From Burkholderiales bacterium (GTDB lineage Bacteria; Pseudomonadota; Gammaproteobacteria; Burkholderiales; JAEUOS01), in the NCBI GenBank assembly GCA_016790635.1, contig JAEUOR010000040.1:7464-71463 (forward strand): a stretch of DNA of 64,000 nt, read 5' to 3'. A program made the translations under genes and the position numbers. The notes below the pieces were generated by a model. The model did no database searches, was not told the origin of the DNA, and saw nothing but the letters and a program-made list of their open reading frames with translations. Shown in pieces: positions 54,312-64,000 of the stretch; position 1 is the first letter of the stretch, and every line of letters begins with the position of its first letter.

Positions 54312-55295
54312 TCACTCTGGCTGAATGTTCGCGCGGCGCACGACGGCGCCCCACTTCGCGGCCTCGGCCTTCACGAAGGCGCCAAACGCCTCCGGCGTGC
54401 CACCTTGCGGCTCGCTGGCATGCGCGGCGATGGCCTCACGCACCGCGGGCATCTGCAGGATGGCGTTCAGCTCCTTGTTCAACTGCTGCACGATTGCGGC
54501 CGGTGTGCCCCTGGGTGCAATGATCCCCTGCCAGTTGTAGGACTCGAAGCCGGCGAGGCCGGCCTCGGCCATCGTGGGCACGTCCTTCAGCAGCGGGATG
54601 CGTCGGCTGCTCGTCACGGCCAGCGGGCGCACCCTGCCACCCTGGATCGAAGGCAGGGCCGCGTAGCCCATTTCGAACATCATCGCGATGTGGCCCCCTG
54701 CGAGGTCAGACGCCGCGGCGCTGCCACCCTTGTACGGCACGTGGGTGAGGTCGATGCCGGCCAGGTGCTCGAGCATCGCCCCGGAGAGGTGGTGCGCGCC
54801 GCCGATGCCGCTGCTGCCATAGGTGAGCTTGCCCGGCTCCGCACGCGCCTTGGCCACCAGTGCGCCCAGCGTCGTGACGCCTTGTGCCGGATGCACGGAA
54901 AGGATCAATGGCGCCCGCTCCAGCAGGATCACCGGTTCGAAGTCGGCATCGGGGTCGTAGGGCAGCTTCTTCATCAGCGAGCGGTTCACCGCAAGTGGCG
55001 CCAGGTTGCCCATGCCGATCGTGTACCCGTCAGGTGCGGCGCGGGCAATCAGCAACGTACCCGTCACGCCTCCGGCCCCGGGGTGGTTGTTGACGACGAC
55101 TTGCTGGCCGAGCACCTTGCCCAGGCGCTCGGCTACCTGGCGGGCGCGGATGTCGCCAAAGCCTCCGGCAGCGTAGGGCACGATCAGCATCACCGGCCGC
55201 GTCGGCCAGGCACCCTGCGCCATAGCGGGCAACGAGGCGGCGGTCGTGGCAATACCGACCAGAAGCGCGGTCAGCCAGCGGGTCAATCGGTTCAT
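54312..55295 (-). CDS. Bug family (TctC-like) substrate-binding protein
   Basis: ATG at 55295 with GAGGA upstream. MNRLTRWLTALLVGIATTAASLPAMAQGAWPTRPVMLIVPYAAGGFGD. Confidence 0.9.
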   Translation of the reverse strand: MNRLTRWLTALLVGIATTAASLPAMAQGAWPTRPVMLIVPYAAGGFGDIRARQVAERLGKVLGQQVVVNNHPGAGGVTGTLLIARAAPDGYTIGMGNLAPLAVNRSLMKKLPYDPDADFEPVILLERAPLILSVHPAQGVTTLGALVAKARAEPGKLTYGSSGIGGAHHLSGAMLEHLAGIDLTHVPYKGGSAAASDLAGGHIAMMFEMGYAALPSIQGGRVRPLAVTSSRRIPLLKDVPTMAEAGLAGFESYNWQGIIAPRGTPAAIVQQLNKELNAILQMPAVREAIAAHASEPQGGTPEAFGAFVKAEAAKWGAVVRRANIQPE

Positions 55296-55473
55296 CGGCA
55301 AATCCTCGGATGAAAACAAAATATGCGAGCGACGCGGTCTGACGTCGATGGCATCGAATGCGCGGCCAGCGTGCCTTGTGCACGAATCATGGTACCAGCG
55401 CCCAGCGGACCATCAGGCGCGGTGCCGATCGGCTCACGACCACCGCTGTGCCGGTGTTCGCAGGCAGTCAGGC

Positions 55474-56106
55474 CTAGAGCTTGAACGCCGGCCGCTTGGC
55501 GAGCGCTGCTCGCCAGCGCAGCAGATTCGCGTGCTGCTCGCCCGGTTTGACGCGCACGATGCGTGCGAAGTCGACGGCGACACAGGCGGTGATGTCGGCG
55601 ACGCTCAATTTCCCGCCGGCGATGAAGTCGCGCCCGGCCAGGCGCTCGTCGAGTGTCGTCATGAATACCTGCAGGCGCGCGAGTCCACGCGCGGCCAGTT
55701 CGGGTATCTGCGCGTAGTCGACCGGACCGGGCAAGGCGCGATTGGCCATCGCCGGCACGCTGTTGCGCAGCGCTTCGGCGACCGCCAGCAGGCCCTCGAA
55801 TTCGGCACGCCAGTTCCAGCTGGCGATCTCGGCCTTCTCGAGCGGTGTCGTTCCGAGCATCGGCGGGTCAGGGAAGCGGGCCTCGAGGTAGGCGGTGATC
55901 GCCGCGTTGTCGGTGAGAATCGGTCCTTCCTCGGTGCGCAGCGCCGGCACCGTGCAGGCCGGGTTGATGGCGCGGAAGGCTTCGCCGAGCTGCTCGCCAC
56001 TGCGCAGGTCAACCTGCACGGTATCGTGGGCCACGCCCTTCTCGGCGAGCAGGATGCGCGCGCGGCGCGGGCTGGGGGCGGTGGCACAGTCGTAGAGGGT
56101 GATCAT
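55474..56106 (-). CDS. Glutathione S-transferase
   Basis: MITLYDCATAPSPRRARILLAEKG...VPAL...ITAYLE N-terminal thioredoxin-like GST domain. 210 aa. Confidence 0.85.
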   Translation of the reverse strand: MITLYDCATAPSPRRARILLAEKGVAHDTVQVDLRSGEQLGEAFRAINPACTVPALRTEEGPILTDNAAITAYLEARFPDPPMLGTTPLEKAEIASWNWRAEFEGLLAVAEALRNSVPAMANRALPGPVDYAQIPELAARGLARLQVFMTTLDERLAGRDFIAGGKLSVADITACVAVDFARIVRVKPGEQHANLLRWRAALAKRPAFKL

Positions 56107-56172
56107 GGCATTGTCTCCGTGGCGGTGTTGCTTTGGCGCGTCTGTAGTCTTGGCGGGCGGCAGGCGCGGTGA

Positions 56173-57540
56173 TCAGCCTGCGTCCCACAACGAGTGCATT
56201 GCCGCGACGAAAGCCGCGCTGGGGTCGGACCCCGCCGGCTGTTGTGCACGCAGCGCCCAGCGGCCGGCGACCAGCACGTCGCGGAATGGCATCGCGGCGC
56301 CCGAGAAGATCAGCGCGTCTAGTTGCCGTTCGACCGGAATGCCCATCAGTCCGGGTTCGGCCGCATCGAGCACCAGCAGGTCGGCGCGCGCACCCTTGAC
56401 GAGGCCCCACTGCGCGAATCCGGCGGCGCTGCCGCCTGCCTTGAGCGCACGCTCGAAGAGCCGCGCTGCTGTCGCGGGTTCGCCCTCTTCCGGCGCGGCG
56501 CAGACATTGCGGCGGCGCTGCAGCAGGCGCTGCCCGTATTCCAGCCAGCGCAGTTCCTCGGGCCAGGCGCGGATCACATGACTGTCCGAGCCGACGGCCA
56601 GCGGCACGCCCGCGGCCAGCCAGCCCGGAACGTCGGTGAAGCCGTCGCCCAGGTTGGCCTCGGTCGAGGGGCAGATCACGATGCCGGCGCCGCTGCGTGC
56701 GACTGCGTCGATCTCCCCCGGCAGCGCATGCGTGGCGTGCACCAGCTGCCAGCGCGCATCCAGCGGCGTGTGCCGCGCCAGCCATTCGATCGGCCGCATG
56801 CCGGTCGCCTTGAGGCAGTCCTCCACTTCGGCGGTCTGTTCGGCCACGTGCACATGCACCGGCATGTCGCCCAGCCCGTCGAGCAACCGACCGATGGCCG
56901 CGGGTTCGGCCGCGCGCAGCGAGTGGATCGCCACCCCGGAATTCAGGAGTGACCGGCCGCTCGCCACCAGGTCGCGCTGCATGGCCCGCACCAGGTCGGC
57001 GTCGGTGGCGAAGCGGCGCTGGTCTTGACGCAACGCGGACTGTGCGAAGCCGGCGCGCTGGTACAGCACCGGCAGCATGGTGAGGCCGATGCCGGCGTCG
57101 GCCGCGGCGTCGGCCAGCGCCCAGGAAAGGCACAGCGGGTCGTCGTAGGGTCGCCCGTCCGGCGCATGCTGCAGGTAGTGGAACTCGCAGACCTGGGTGT
57201 ATCCGCCTCGCAGCAACTCGCTGTACAACATCGCAGCAACCGCGCGCAATTGCTCCGACGTGATGCGCAAGGCGACGCCGTACATGCGATCGCGCCAGGA
57301 CCAGAAATCGTCACTCTGCGCCTCGCGCCGCTCGGTGAGGCCTGCAAAGGCGCGCTGAAAGGCATGGCTGTGGGCGTCGACCAGCCCGGGCAGCACCGCG
57401 CCTGCCAGTCGTTCGGCGTGTTCCGGCGCGGCAACGCCGGTAGCGATCTCTGCCCAGCAGCCGTCCTCACCGGCGCGCAGCAGCACGCTCTCGGCCCAGC
57501 GACCGCCGACCCAGGCGTGGGGCGCCCAGAAGCTCTTCAC
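56173..57540 (-). CDS. hutF: Formimidoylglutamate deiminase
   Basis: GTG at 57540 overlaps the hutI stop (GTGA). [15 protein letters not shown]...[16 protein letters not shown]. Amidohydrolase-superfamily deiminase within a hut cluster. Confidence 0.85.
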   Translation of the reverse strand: MKSFWAPHAWVGGRWAESVLLRAGEDGCWAEIATGVAAPEHAERLAGAVLPGLVDAHSHAFQRAFAGLTERREAQSDDFWSWRDRMYGVALRITSEQLRAVAAMLYSELLRGGYTQVCEFHYLQHAPDGRPYDDPLCLSWALADAAADAGIGLTMLPVLYQRAGFAQSALRQDQRRFATDADLVRAMQRDLVASGRSLLNSGVAIHSLRAAEPAAIGRLLDGLGDMPVHVHVAEQTAEVEDCLKATGMRPIEWLARHTPLDARWQLVHATHALPGEIDAVARSGAGIVICPSTEANLGDGFTDVPGWLAAGVPLAVGSDSHVIRAWPEELRWLEYGQRLLQRRRNVCAAPEEGEPATAARLFERALKAGGSAAGFAQWGLVKGARADLLVLDAAEPGLMGIPVERQLDALIFSGAAMPFRDVLVAGRWALRAQQPAGSDPSAAFVAAMHSLWDAG

Positions 57541-58757
57541 GCGTTCGCCTCCACCCCCGCGACGACGCGCCGCCGACAGGGGTTGCGGCCGAACCAGTAC
57601 GACAACTCGTTGGGATGGTCCAGGTCCCAGGCGACGAAATCGGCGCGCTGGCCCTCTGCGAGCGCACCGCGGTCGGCCAGGCCCAGGGCGCGCGCGCCAT
57701 GCAGCGTCACGCCACAGAGCGCTTCTTCCGGCGTCATACGGAACAGGGTGCAGGCCATGTTGAGCATCAGGAGCAGCGACAGCCCTGGCGAGCTGCCGGG
57801 GTTGTGGTCGCTGGCCAGCGCGATCGGCACGCCGGCATCGCGCAGCGCCTGCACGGGCGGCAGCCTGGTCTCGCGCAAAAAATAGAAGGCGCCGGGCAGC
57901 AGCACAGCCACCGTTCCGGCTGCCGCCATTGCCCGTACCCCGTCCTGCGACAACCATTCCAGATGGTCGCACGACAGCGCGCCGAAGGACGCTGCCAGCG
58001 CCGCACCACCCTGGTCGCTCAGCTGCTCGGCATGCAGTTTCACGGGCAAGCCCAGGGCCCGGGCCGCGGCGAAGACGCGCCGCGTCTGCGCCGGGCTGAA
58101 GGCGATGGACTCGCAAAAGGCATCGACCGCATCGACCAGGCCTTCGGCATGGAGTTGCGGCAACCAGGCGATGACCGCATCGACATAGGCGTCGGCGCGG
58201 CCGTCGAACTCCGGCGGCAGTGCGTGCGCCGACAGGCAGGTGGTGCGCACGGCAAGCGGCAGTTCGCGGCCCAACCGGCGCGCGACGCGCAGGCAGCGCG
58301 CCTCGTGCTCGGCGCTCAAGCCATAACCGGACTTGATTTCCATGGTCGTGACGCCTTCGTGCATCAGCGTCCTGGCGCGCTCGCGCGCCTGCGTGAAGAG
58401 CAACTCGTCACCGGCCGCACGCGTCGCTGCGACGGTGGAACGGATGCCGCCGCCGGCGCGCGCGATTTCCTCGTAGCTGGCGCCCTGGAGACGCAACTCG
58501 AATTCGCGCGCGCGCTGCCCGCCGTAGACCAAATGCGTGTGGCAATCGACCAGCCCGGGGGTCACGAGCAGCCCGTCGAGGTCGACCTCCGCATCGGCGC
58601 GCAAGCCTGCCGGCAGCGCGCTGTTCGAGCCGACCCAGCGGATCGTGTCGCCCTCGGTCAGGAGCGCGCCATGCTCGATCAGGCCCCAGGGCTCGCCGCC
58701 GGCCAGCGTGGCCAGCCGGGCGTTGCGCCAGAGAGTCGCCCGCGTACCGACCGTCAT
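57537..58757 (-). CDS. hutI: Imidazolonepropionase
   Basis: ATG at 58757 overlaps the hutC stop (ATGA). [17 protein letters not shown]...[11 protein letters not shown] motifs. Confidence 0.9.
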   Translation of the reverse strand: MTVGTRATLWRNARLATLAGGEPWGLIEHGALLTEGDTIRWVGSNSALPAGLRADAEVDLDGLLVTPGLVDCHTHLVYGGQRAREFELRLQGASYEEIARAGGGIRSTVAATRAAGDELLFTQARERARTLMHEGVTTMEIKSGYGLSAEHEARCLRVARRLGRELPLAVRTTCLSAHALPPEFDGRADAYVDAVIAWLPQLHAEGLVDAVDAFCESIAFSPAQTRRVFAAARALGLPVKLHAEQLSDQGGAALAASFGALSCDHLEWLSQDGVRAMAAAGTVAVLLPGAFYFLRETRLPPVQALRDAGVPIALASDHNPGSSPGLSLLLMLNMACTLFRMTPEEALCGVTLHGARALGLADRGALAEGQRADFVAWDLDHPNELSYWFGRNPCRRRVVAGVEANA

Positions 58758-59479
58758 GGTTTGAATTCGCCCTGCAGAAGATAGCGTGAGCCCGGGTGCG
58801 TGAGCCGCGCCACGGTGATCGGCCCTTCCCGGCTCACGGTGCGGCGCGCGACCACCAGGCAAGGTTCATCGCGACGAATGCCGAGGAGCCTGGCTTCCTG
58901 CGCGGTCGGGAGCGCGGATTCGATCGAATACTGCGCCTCCCACAAGGGCGCCACCTGCAACAGGTATTGCGTTGGCGTGATCTGCGTGAAATCGTTGTCC
59001 AGATATCCGGGCGCGGCGGCAGGGTTGACGTGGCGATCCTCGCATTGCAGGGCGACGCCATCCTCGAAGTGCACGATCAGCGTGTGAAACACCTCCGTCC
59101 CGGCGGCGACACCCAACCATTGCGCCACGCCGTCGCTGGCGCGCTCGCGCCGCGCCAGGCGCACCTGGGCAGTGTGGCGGTGGCCGCGCTCGGTGATCTC
59201 CTCGTGCAGGTCGCGGATGCGCAGGGTGCTGGACACGCGAAACAGGTGTGCGGCGAAGGTGCCGACGCCCTGTACGCGCTCGACCAGGCCTTCGCTGCGC
59301 AACTCGTTCAAGGCTCGGGTCACGGTCATGCGCGAGACGCCGAACTGCGCCACCAGGTCGGCGTCCGAGGGCATCGCTGCGCCGGGGGTCCAGCGCCCCC
59401 GCCCCAGCTCACCCTTGAGGAACTGCTTGATGCGGGCGTAGGGGGCGAGCGCCGGGCCGGGCGGGGCTTTCGAGTTCAT
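58754..59479 (-). CDS. hutC: Histidine utilisation repressor (GntR/HutC family)
   Basis: ATG at 59479. [45 protein letters not shown] plus a UTRA-like C-terminal domain. Divergent from hutU. Confidence 0.9.
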   Translation of the reverse strand: MNSKAPPGPALAPYARIKQFLKGELGRGRWTPGAAMPSDADLVAQFGVSRMTVTRALNELRSEGLVERVQGVGTFAAHLFRVSSTLRIRDLHEEITERGHRHTAQVRLARRERASDGVAQWLGVAAGTEVFHTLIVHFEDGVALQCEDRHVNPAAAPGYLDNDFTQITPTQYLLQVAPLWEAQYSIESALPTAQEARLLGIRRDEPCLVVARRTVSREGPITVARLTHPGSRYLLQGEFKP

Positions 59480-59490
59480 GGGGCAAAATT

Positions 59491-59520
59491 CTACTTGCAT
59501 ATGGTTGTCTAGTCAAGTAG
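59491..59520. promoter_or_regulatory. Putative HutC operator in the hutC/hutU divergent intergenic region
   Basis: Inverted repeat CTACTTG (59491-59497) / CAAGTAG (59514-59520), overlapping the near-palindrome TTGTCTAGTCAA (59505-59516, 10 of 12 symmetric). It resembles the GntR/HutC TTGT-N-ACAA type sites as I recall them. Confidence 0.5.
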
Positions 59521-59586
59521 ACTTCGGCCTGTTGAACTGCCCCCGCCCCGATCAACCCCCCTCCCCCTGACGCCAGAGAGGCCCCC

Positions 59587-61290
59587 ATGTCCGACCTTTC
59601 CACCCTCCAGCAAATCTCCCAGGCGCGCGTGGTGCGCTCACCGCGCGGCAGCGAGCTCAGCTGCAAGAACTGGCTCATCGAGGCCGCCTACCGCATGCTG
59701 CAGAACAACCTCGACCCCGAGGTGGCCGAGAACCCGGATGCGCTGGTGGTCTACGGCGGCATCGGCAAGGCGGCGCGCGACTGGAACTGCTTCGACGCGA
59801 TCTGCAAGTCGCTGCGCGAATTGAACGAGGACGAGACGCTCCTGATCCAGAGCGGCAAGCCGGTCGGCGTGTTCCGCACGCATGCCGATGCGCCGCGCGT
59901 GCTCATCGCCAACAGCAACCTGGTACCCAAGTGGTCGACCTGGGAATACTTTCACGAACTGGACCGCAAGGGCCTCATGATGTATGGCCAGATGACGGCC
60001 GGCAGCTGGATCTACATCGGCAGCCAGGGCATCGTGCAGGGCACCTACGAGACCTTCGTCGAGGCCGGCCGCCAGCACTACGGCGGGAGCCTCAAGGGCA
60101 AGTGGATCCTGACCGCCGGTCTGGGCGGCATGGGCGGCGCCCAGCCGCTGGCGGCCACGTTTGCCGGTGCGTGCAGCCTGATCGTCGAATGCCAGCAGTC
60201 GCGCATCGACTTCCGCCTGCGCTCGAAGTATCTCGATGAGCAGGCCCACGACCTCGACGACGCGTTGGCGCGCATCCGCCGCTACACGGCCGAAGGCAAG
60301 GCGATTTCCATCGGCCTCCTGGGCAACGCGGCGCAGGTCATGCCCGAACTGGTCAAGCGCGCCCGAGCAGGCGGCCTCAAACCCGACCTGGTGACAGACC
60401 AGACCAGCGCGCACGACCTGGTCAACGGTTACCTGCCCGCCGGCTGGAGCGTGGAGTCGTGGAAGGCCGCGCAGCTCGACGGCAGCCAGCATGCGGCGCT
60501 GCGCGACGCGGCGGCCAGGAGTTGCGCGCAGCACGTGCAGGCCATGCTCGACTTCCAGGCCATGGGCATTCCCACAGTGGACTACGGCAACAACCTGCGC
60601 CAGGTCGCTTTCGACGCCGGCGTTGCGCGCGCCTTCGACTTCCCCGGTTTCGTGCCCGCGTACGTGCGTCCGCTGTTCTGCCGCGGCAAGGGTCCGTTCC
60701 GCTGGGTGGCATTGAGCGGCGATCCGGAAGACATCCGCAAGACCGACGCCAAGTTGAAGGAACTCTTCCCGGAAGATGCGCACCTGCACCGCTGGCTGGA
60801 CATGGCCGGCGAGCGCATCGCTTTCCAGGGCCTGCCGGCGCGCATCTGCTGGATCGGCCTGGGCGAACGGCACCGCGCCGGGCTGGCTTTCAACGCCATG
60901 GTCAAGTCGGGTGAACTCAAGGGCCCGATCGTCATCGGCCGCGATCACCTGGATAGCGGCAGCGTCGCCAGCCCCAACCGCGAGACCGAGAGCATGAAGG
61001 ACGGCAGCGACGCGGTGTCGGACTGGCCGCTCTTGAACGCCATGCTCAACACCGCCGGCGGCGCCACCTGGGTCAGCCTGCACCATGGCGGCGGCGTCGG
61101 CATCGGCTACAGCCAGCATGCCGGCGTGGTCATCGTCTGCGACGGTACCGACGCGGCCGCGAAGCGCATCGAGCGCGTGCTGTGGAACGACCCGGGCACC
61201 GGTGTCATGCGCCACGCCGACGCGGGCTACGAGGAGGCGGTGGCGTGCGCCAGGGAGCAGGGCCTCAAACTGCCGATGATCGGTGCCTGA
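59587..61290 (+). CDS. hutU: Urocanate hydratase
   Basis: 567 aa. NAD-binding [16 protein letters not shown] and the highly conserved urocanase sequence throughout. Confidence 0.95.
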   Translation: MSDLSTLQQISQARVVRSPRGSELSCKNWLIEAAYRMLQNNLDPEVAENPDALVVYGGIGKAARDWNCFDAICKSLRELNEDETLLIQSGKPVGVFRTHADAPRVLIANSNLVPKWSTWEYFHELDRKGLMMYGQMTAGSWIYIGSQGIVQGTYETFVEAGRQHYGGSLKGKWILTAGLGGMGGAQPLAATFAGACSLIVECQQSRIDFRLRSKYLDEQAHDLDDALARIRRYTAEGKAISIGLLGNAAQVMPELVKRARAGGLKPDLVTDQTSAHDLVNGYLPAGWSVESWKAAQLDGSQHAALRDAAARSCAQHVQAMLDFQAMGIPTVDYGNNLRQVAFDAGVARAFDFPGFVPAYVRPLFCRGKGPFRWVALSGDPEDIRKTDAKLKELFPEDAHLHRWLDMAGERIAFQGLPARICWIGLGERHRAGLAFNAMVKSGELKGPIVIGRDHLDSGSVASPNRETESMKDGSDAVSDWPLLNAMLNTAGGATWVSLHHGGGVGIGYSQHAGVVIVCDGTDAAAKRIERVLWNDPGTGVMRHADAGYEEAVACAREQGLKLPMIGA

Positions 61291-62829
61291 ATGCTGATCC
61301 GGCCCGGACATTTCACGCTCGAGGAGCTGCACGCTGTCCACCGCGGCGGCGTCACGCTCGAGATCGACGACGCGGCGCGCGCGTCCATCGCGGCCAGCGC
61401 GGCCGTGGTGCAGCGCGCCGCAGCCGGCAAGGCGCCGGTGTACGGCGTCAACACCGGCTTTGGCAAGCTCGCCTCCACGCGCATCAGCGAGTCCGACCTT
61501 GCCACGCTGCAATTGAACCTGATCCGCTCGCACTCGGTCGGCGTGGGTGAACCGCTCGCGCCCGCGGTGGTACGCCTGGTGCTGGCGTGCAAGGCCGGCT
61601 CGCTGGCGCGCGGCGCTTCCGGCGTGCGCGCCGAGGTGGTGGAAGCCTTGCTCGCTGTCTTCAACGCCGGCCTGGTGCCGTTCATCCCCAGCCAGGGCTC
61701 GGTCGGCGCCTCGGGTGACCTGGCGCCGCTGGCGCACATGACCTTGGCCCTCATGGGCGAAGGCGAGTTCCTGGTCGATGGCCAGCGCCGCTTGGCCGCC
61801 GCAGTTCTGCGCGAACACGGCCTGCAGCCGCTCACGCTGCAGGCCAAGGAAGGCCTGGCCCTCATCAATGGCACGCAGGTCTCGACCGCACTGGCGCTGC
61901 ACGGCCTCTTCGCCTTCGAGCCGGTGCTGGAATCGGCGCTGGTCATCGGCGCGCTCACCGTGGACGCCGCGCGCGGCAGCGACGGCCCCTTCGACCCGCG
62001 CATCCACGCGCTGCGCGGCCAGCCGGGGCAGATCGACGTCGCCCAGTACTACCGCGCGCTGCTCTCAGGCAGCGCGATCCGCGCATCGCATACCGAAGGC
62101 GACGACCGCGTGCAGGACCCCTATTGCCTGCGCTGCCAGCCGCAGGTCGTCGGCGCCTGCCTCGACCAGCTGCGCCACGCCGCGCTCGTGCTGCTGCGCG
62201 AGGCCAATGCGGTGACCGACAACCCGCTCGTCTTCGCCGACGACGGAACGATGATCTCCGGCGGCAACTTCCACGCCGAGCCGGTGGCGCTCGCCGCCGA
62301 CGCGATGGCCTGCGCGATCGCCGAGGTCGGGGCGATCGCCGAGCGGCGCATCGCCATGCTCATCGACTCGGGCGTCTCGCGCCTGCCGCCCTTCCTGACG
62401 GCCGACCCGGGGCTGAACAGCGGCTTCATGATCGCCCACGTCACCGCCGCCGCGCTGGCGAGCGAGAACAAGAGCCTGGCCCATCCGGCAAGCGTCGATT
62501 CGCTGCCGACGAGCGCGAACCAGGAAGACCATGTGTCGATGGCGACCTTCGCCGCGCGCCGCCTGCAGCCGATGATCGCCAACGTCGCCCACATCCTGGC
62601 GATCGAGTTCCTCGCGGCGGCCGAAGGCATCGAGTTCCTGCGGCCTTTGTCCAGCAGCGCGCCGCTCGAAGCCGCGCATGCGCTGCTGCGCGAGCGCGTG
62701 GCCAGCCTCGCGCAAGACCGCTTCTTCGCTCCCGAGATCGAGCGCGCCTCGGCGCTGGTGCGCGAAGGCACGCTGGCGCGCACCTTCCGCGCGCTGCCCG
62801 GCTTGCCGGCACTGTGGACGCCGGTCTGA
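61291..62829 (+). CDS. hutH: Histidine ammonia-lyase
   Basis: The ATG immediately follows the hutU stop. MIO-forming Ala-Ser-Gly in [14 protein letters not shown]. 512 aa. Confidence 0.95.
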   Translation: MLIRPGHFTLEELHAVHRGGVTLEIDDAARASIAASAAVVQRAAAGKAPVYGVNTGFGKLASTRISESDLATLQLNLIRSHSVGVGEPLAPAVVRLVLACKAGSLARGASGVRAEVVEALLAVFNAGLVPFIPSQGSVGASGDLAPLAHMTLALMGEGEFLVDGQRRLAAAVLREHGLQPLTLQAKEGLALINGTQVSTALALHGLFAFEPVLESALVIGALTVDAARGSDGPFDPRIHALRGQPGQIDVAQYYRALLSGSAIRASHTEGDDRVQDPYCLRCQPQVVGACLDQLRHAALVLLREANAVTDNPLVFADDGTMISGGNFHAEPVALAADAMACAIAEVGAIAERRIAMLIDSGVSRLPPFLTADPGLNSGFMIAHVTAAALASENKSLAHPASVDSLPTSANQEDHVSMATFAARRLQPMIANVAHILAIEFLAAAEGIEFLRPLSSSAPLEAAHALLRERVASLAQDRFFAPEIERASALVREGTLARTFRALPGLPALWTPV

Positions 62830-62869
62830 ATCCCCCCTCCTCCTCCCCCCTGCCCTTAAGGAACGCACC

Positions 62870-63823
62870 ATGAAGAAGACCTTGATCGCCGCCGCCATCG
62901 CGCTGGCCGCCGTGGCCGCCCAGGCCCAGAACACCCCGGTCACGATCGCGATGTCGGGCTGGACCGGCTTTGCCCCGCTGACGCTGGCCAAGGAGGCCGG
63001 CCTCTTCGCCAAGCGCGGCCTGGACGTGACGATCAAGAAGATCCCGCAGAAGGATCGCCACCTCGCCATCGCCTCGGGCGACGTGCAGTGCGCGGCGACC
63101 ACCGTCGAGACCTGGATCGCGTGGAACGCCGCGGGGGTCGCGACGACGCAGATCTTCCAGCTCGACAAGAGCTTCGGCGCGGACGGCATGGTCGTCAAGC
63201 CGACCATCGTGCGCATCGCCGATCTCAAGGGCAAGACCGTCGCCGCCGATGCTCCGGGCACGGCAAGCTACTTCACGCTCGCCTGGATGCTGAAGAAGAA
63301 CGGCCTGACGCTCAAGGACGTGAAGGTCGTGAATCTCTCGCCGCAGGCCGCCGCCAACGCGATGATCGCCGGCAACACCGACATCGACGCCGGCATGACC
63401 TACGAGCCCTACCTCGGCGCGGTGCGCGCCAAGCCCGAGGCCGGCAAGATCATCGCCACGACGCTGGACTACCCGATGATCATGGACACCTTCGGCTGCA
63501 CGCCCAAGTTCCTGGCCGACAACCCCAAGGCCGCGCAGGCGCTGACCGACGCGTATTTCGACGCGCTGGAGATGATCAAGAGGGATCCGAAGAAAAGCTT
63601 CGAGATCATGGGCGCCGACGTCAAGCAGACCGGCGAGGCCTTCGAGACGTCGCAGAAGTACCTGCGCTGGCAGGACAAGGCTGCCAACCAGAAGTTCTTC
63701 GCCGGCGGCGAGCACGCCGCGTTCAGCAAGGAGGCTGCCGAGCTCATGCTCGAGGCCGGGATCATCAAGCAGCTGCCCGACATGAGCAAACTCGCCGACC
63801 CGCGCTTCATCAACACCAAGTAG
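62870..63823 (+). CDS. ABC transporter substrate-binding protein (NMT1/THI5-like, NitT/TauT family)
   Basis: ATG at 62870 preceded by AAGGAA. Signal peptide MKKTLIAAAIALAAVAAQAQ. Follows hutH in the same orientation. Confidence 0.8.
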   Translation: MKKTLIAAAIALAAVAAQAQNTPVTIAMSGWTGFAPLTLAKEAGLFAKRGLDVTIKKIPQKDRHLAIASGDVQCAATTVETWIAWNAAGVATTQIFQLDKSFGADGMVVKPTIVRIADLKGKTVAADAPGTASYFTLAWMLKKNGLTLKDVKVVNLSPQAAANAMIAGNTDIDAGMTYEPYLGAVRAKPEAGKIIATTLDYPMIMDTFGCTPKFLADNPKAAQALTDAYFDALEMIKRDPKKSFEIMGADVKQTGEAFETSQKYLRWQDKAANQKFFAGGEHAAFSKEAAELMLEAGIIKQLPDMSKLADPRFINTK

Positions 63824-63838
63824 CCGAAGGGGAACCCG

Positions 63839-64000
63839 ATGAGCGCCAGCCCCACCGTCGTCGCGGCCCCGGCCGCGGCCCCGCCATCCCCCGGCGCCGC
63901 CGACAAGCGCGCCGGCCTGTTCGGCATGAAGCCCTTGACGCCGGTGGCGCCGGCGACGCGCACGGCGCTCGGGATCGCCTTCTTCGTGCTTTTCTTCGCC
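63839..64000 (+). CDS. ABC transporter permease, 5' partial (runs off the window end)
   Basis: ATG at 63839 preceded by GAAGGGGAA. An open frame runs to the window edge: Ala/Pro-rich N-terminus, then hydrophobic LGIAFFVLFFA. Called from context after the binding-protein gene. Confidence 0.5.
   Translation, partial: MSASPTVVAAPAAAPPSPGAADKRAGLFGMKPLTPVAPATRTALGIAFFVLFFA

Noticed and set aside
59638-62007. 789-aa minus-strand ORF
   Set aside because: Entirely antisense to the unmistakable hutU and hutH genes, with a low-complexity Ala/Arg/Gly composition.

Overview
Very GC-rich, gene-dense chromosomal segment. It looks betaproteobacterial (Burkholderiales-like), inferred from seven Bug/TctC-family periplasmic binding-protein genes, a betaproteobacterial-type AtpE sequence and strong G/C third-position bias. 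I support about 58 protein-coding genes. I found no rRNA, tRNA, CRISPR array, transposase, integrase or phage gene. Many long ORFs in the track are antisense or out-of-frame GC artefacts, and several real genes needed their starts trimmed. Content, left to right: an ABC binding protein; a TPP enzyme and an AhpD-like protein; an orphan ATP synthase c-subunit copy next to an MmyB-type regulator; a cytochrome b561-like protein and a GIY-YIG-like protein; czcCBA heavy-metal efflux; a cytoplasmic Cys-type sulfatase with a Bug gene, divergent from a phosphosulfolactate synthase homologue; a co-directional array of TRAP dctPQM, MMPL, Bug, amidohydrolase and a COG0523 GTPase; an acyl-CoA cluster (two type III CoA-transferases, two acyl-CoA dehydrogenases, FAH, OsmC, Bug); a Rieske oxygenase translationally coupled to a glutamine-synthetase-like enzyme; several small catabolic operons; and a histidine-utilisation locus (hutF-hutI-hutC divergent from hutU-hutH plus an ABC transporter). 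The standout is inside the acyl-CoA cluster. Two same-frame ORFs are separated only by TGA 30734-30736. Read through, they give a 176-aa protein with the motif U-G-S-C-S-S-C, and a perfect hairpin starts exactly 11 nt after the TGA (SECIS geometry). This is a small GrdB-like UxxCxxC selenoprotein of unknown function, preceded by a 347-aa protein I cannot assign to a family. Other points worth a second look: homopolymeric C tracts of 21, 7 and 14 nt upstream of the acyl-CoA dehydrogenase pair; the solitary atpE; the Rieske/GS-like pair; and the sulfatase/ComA-like pair.
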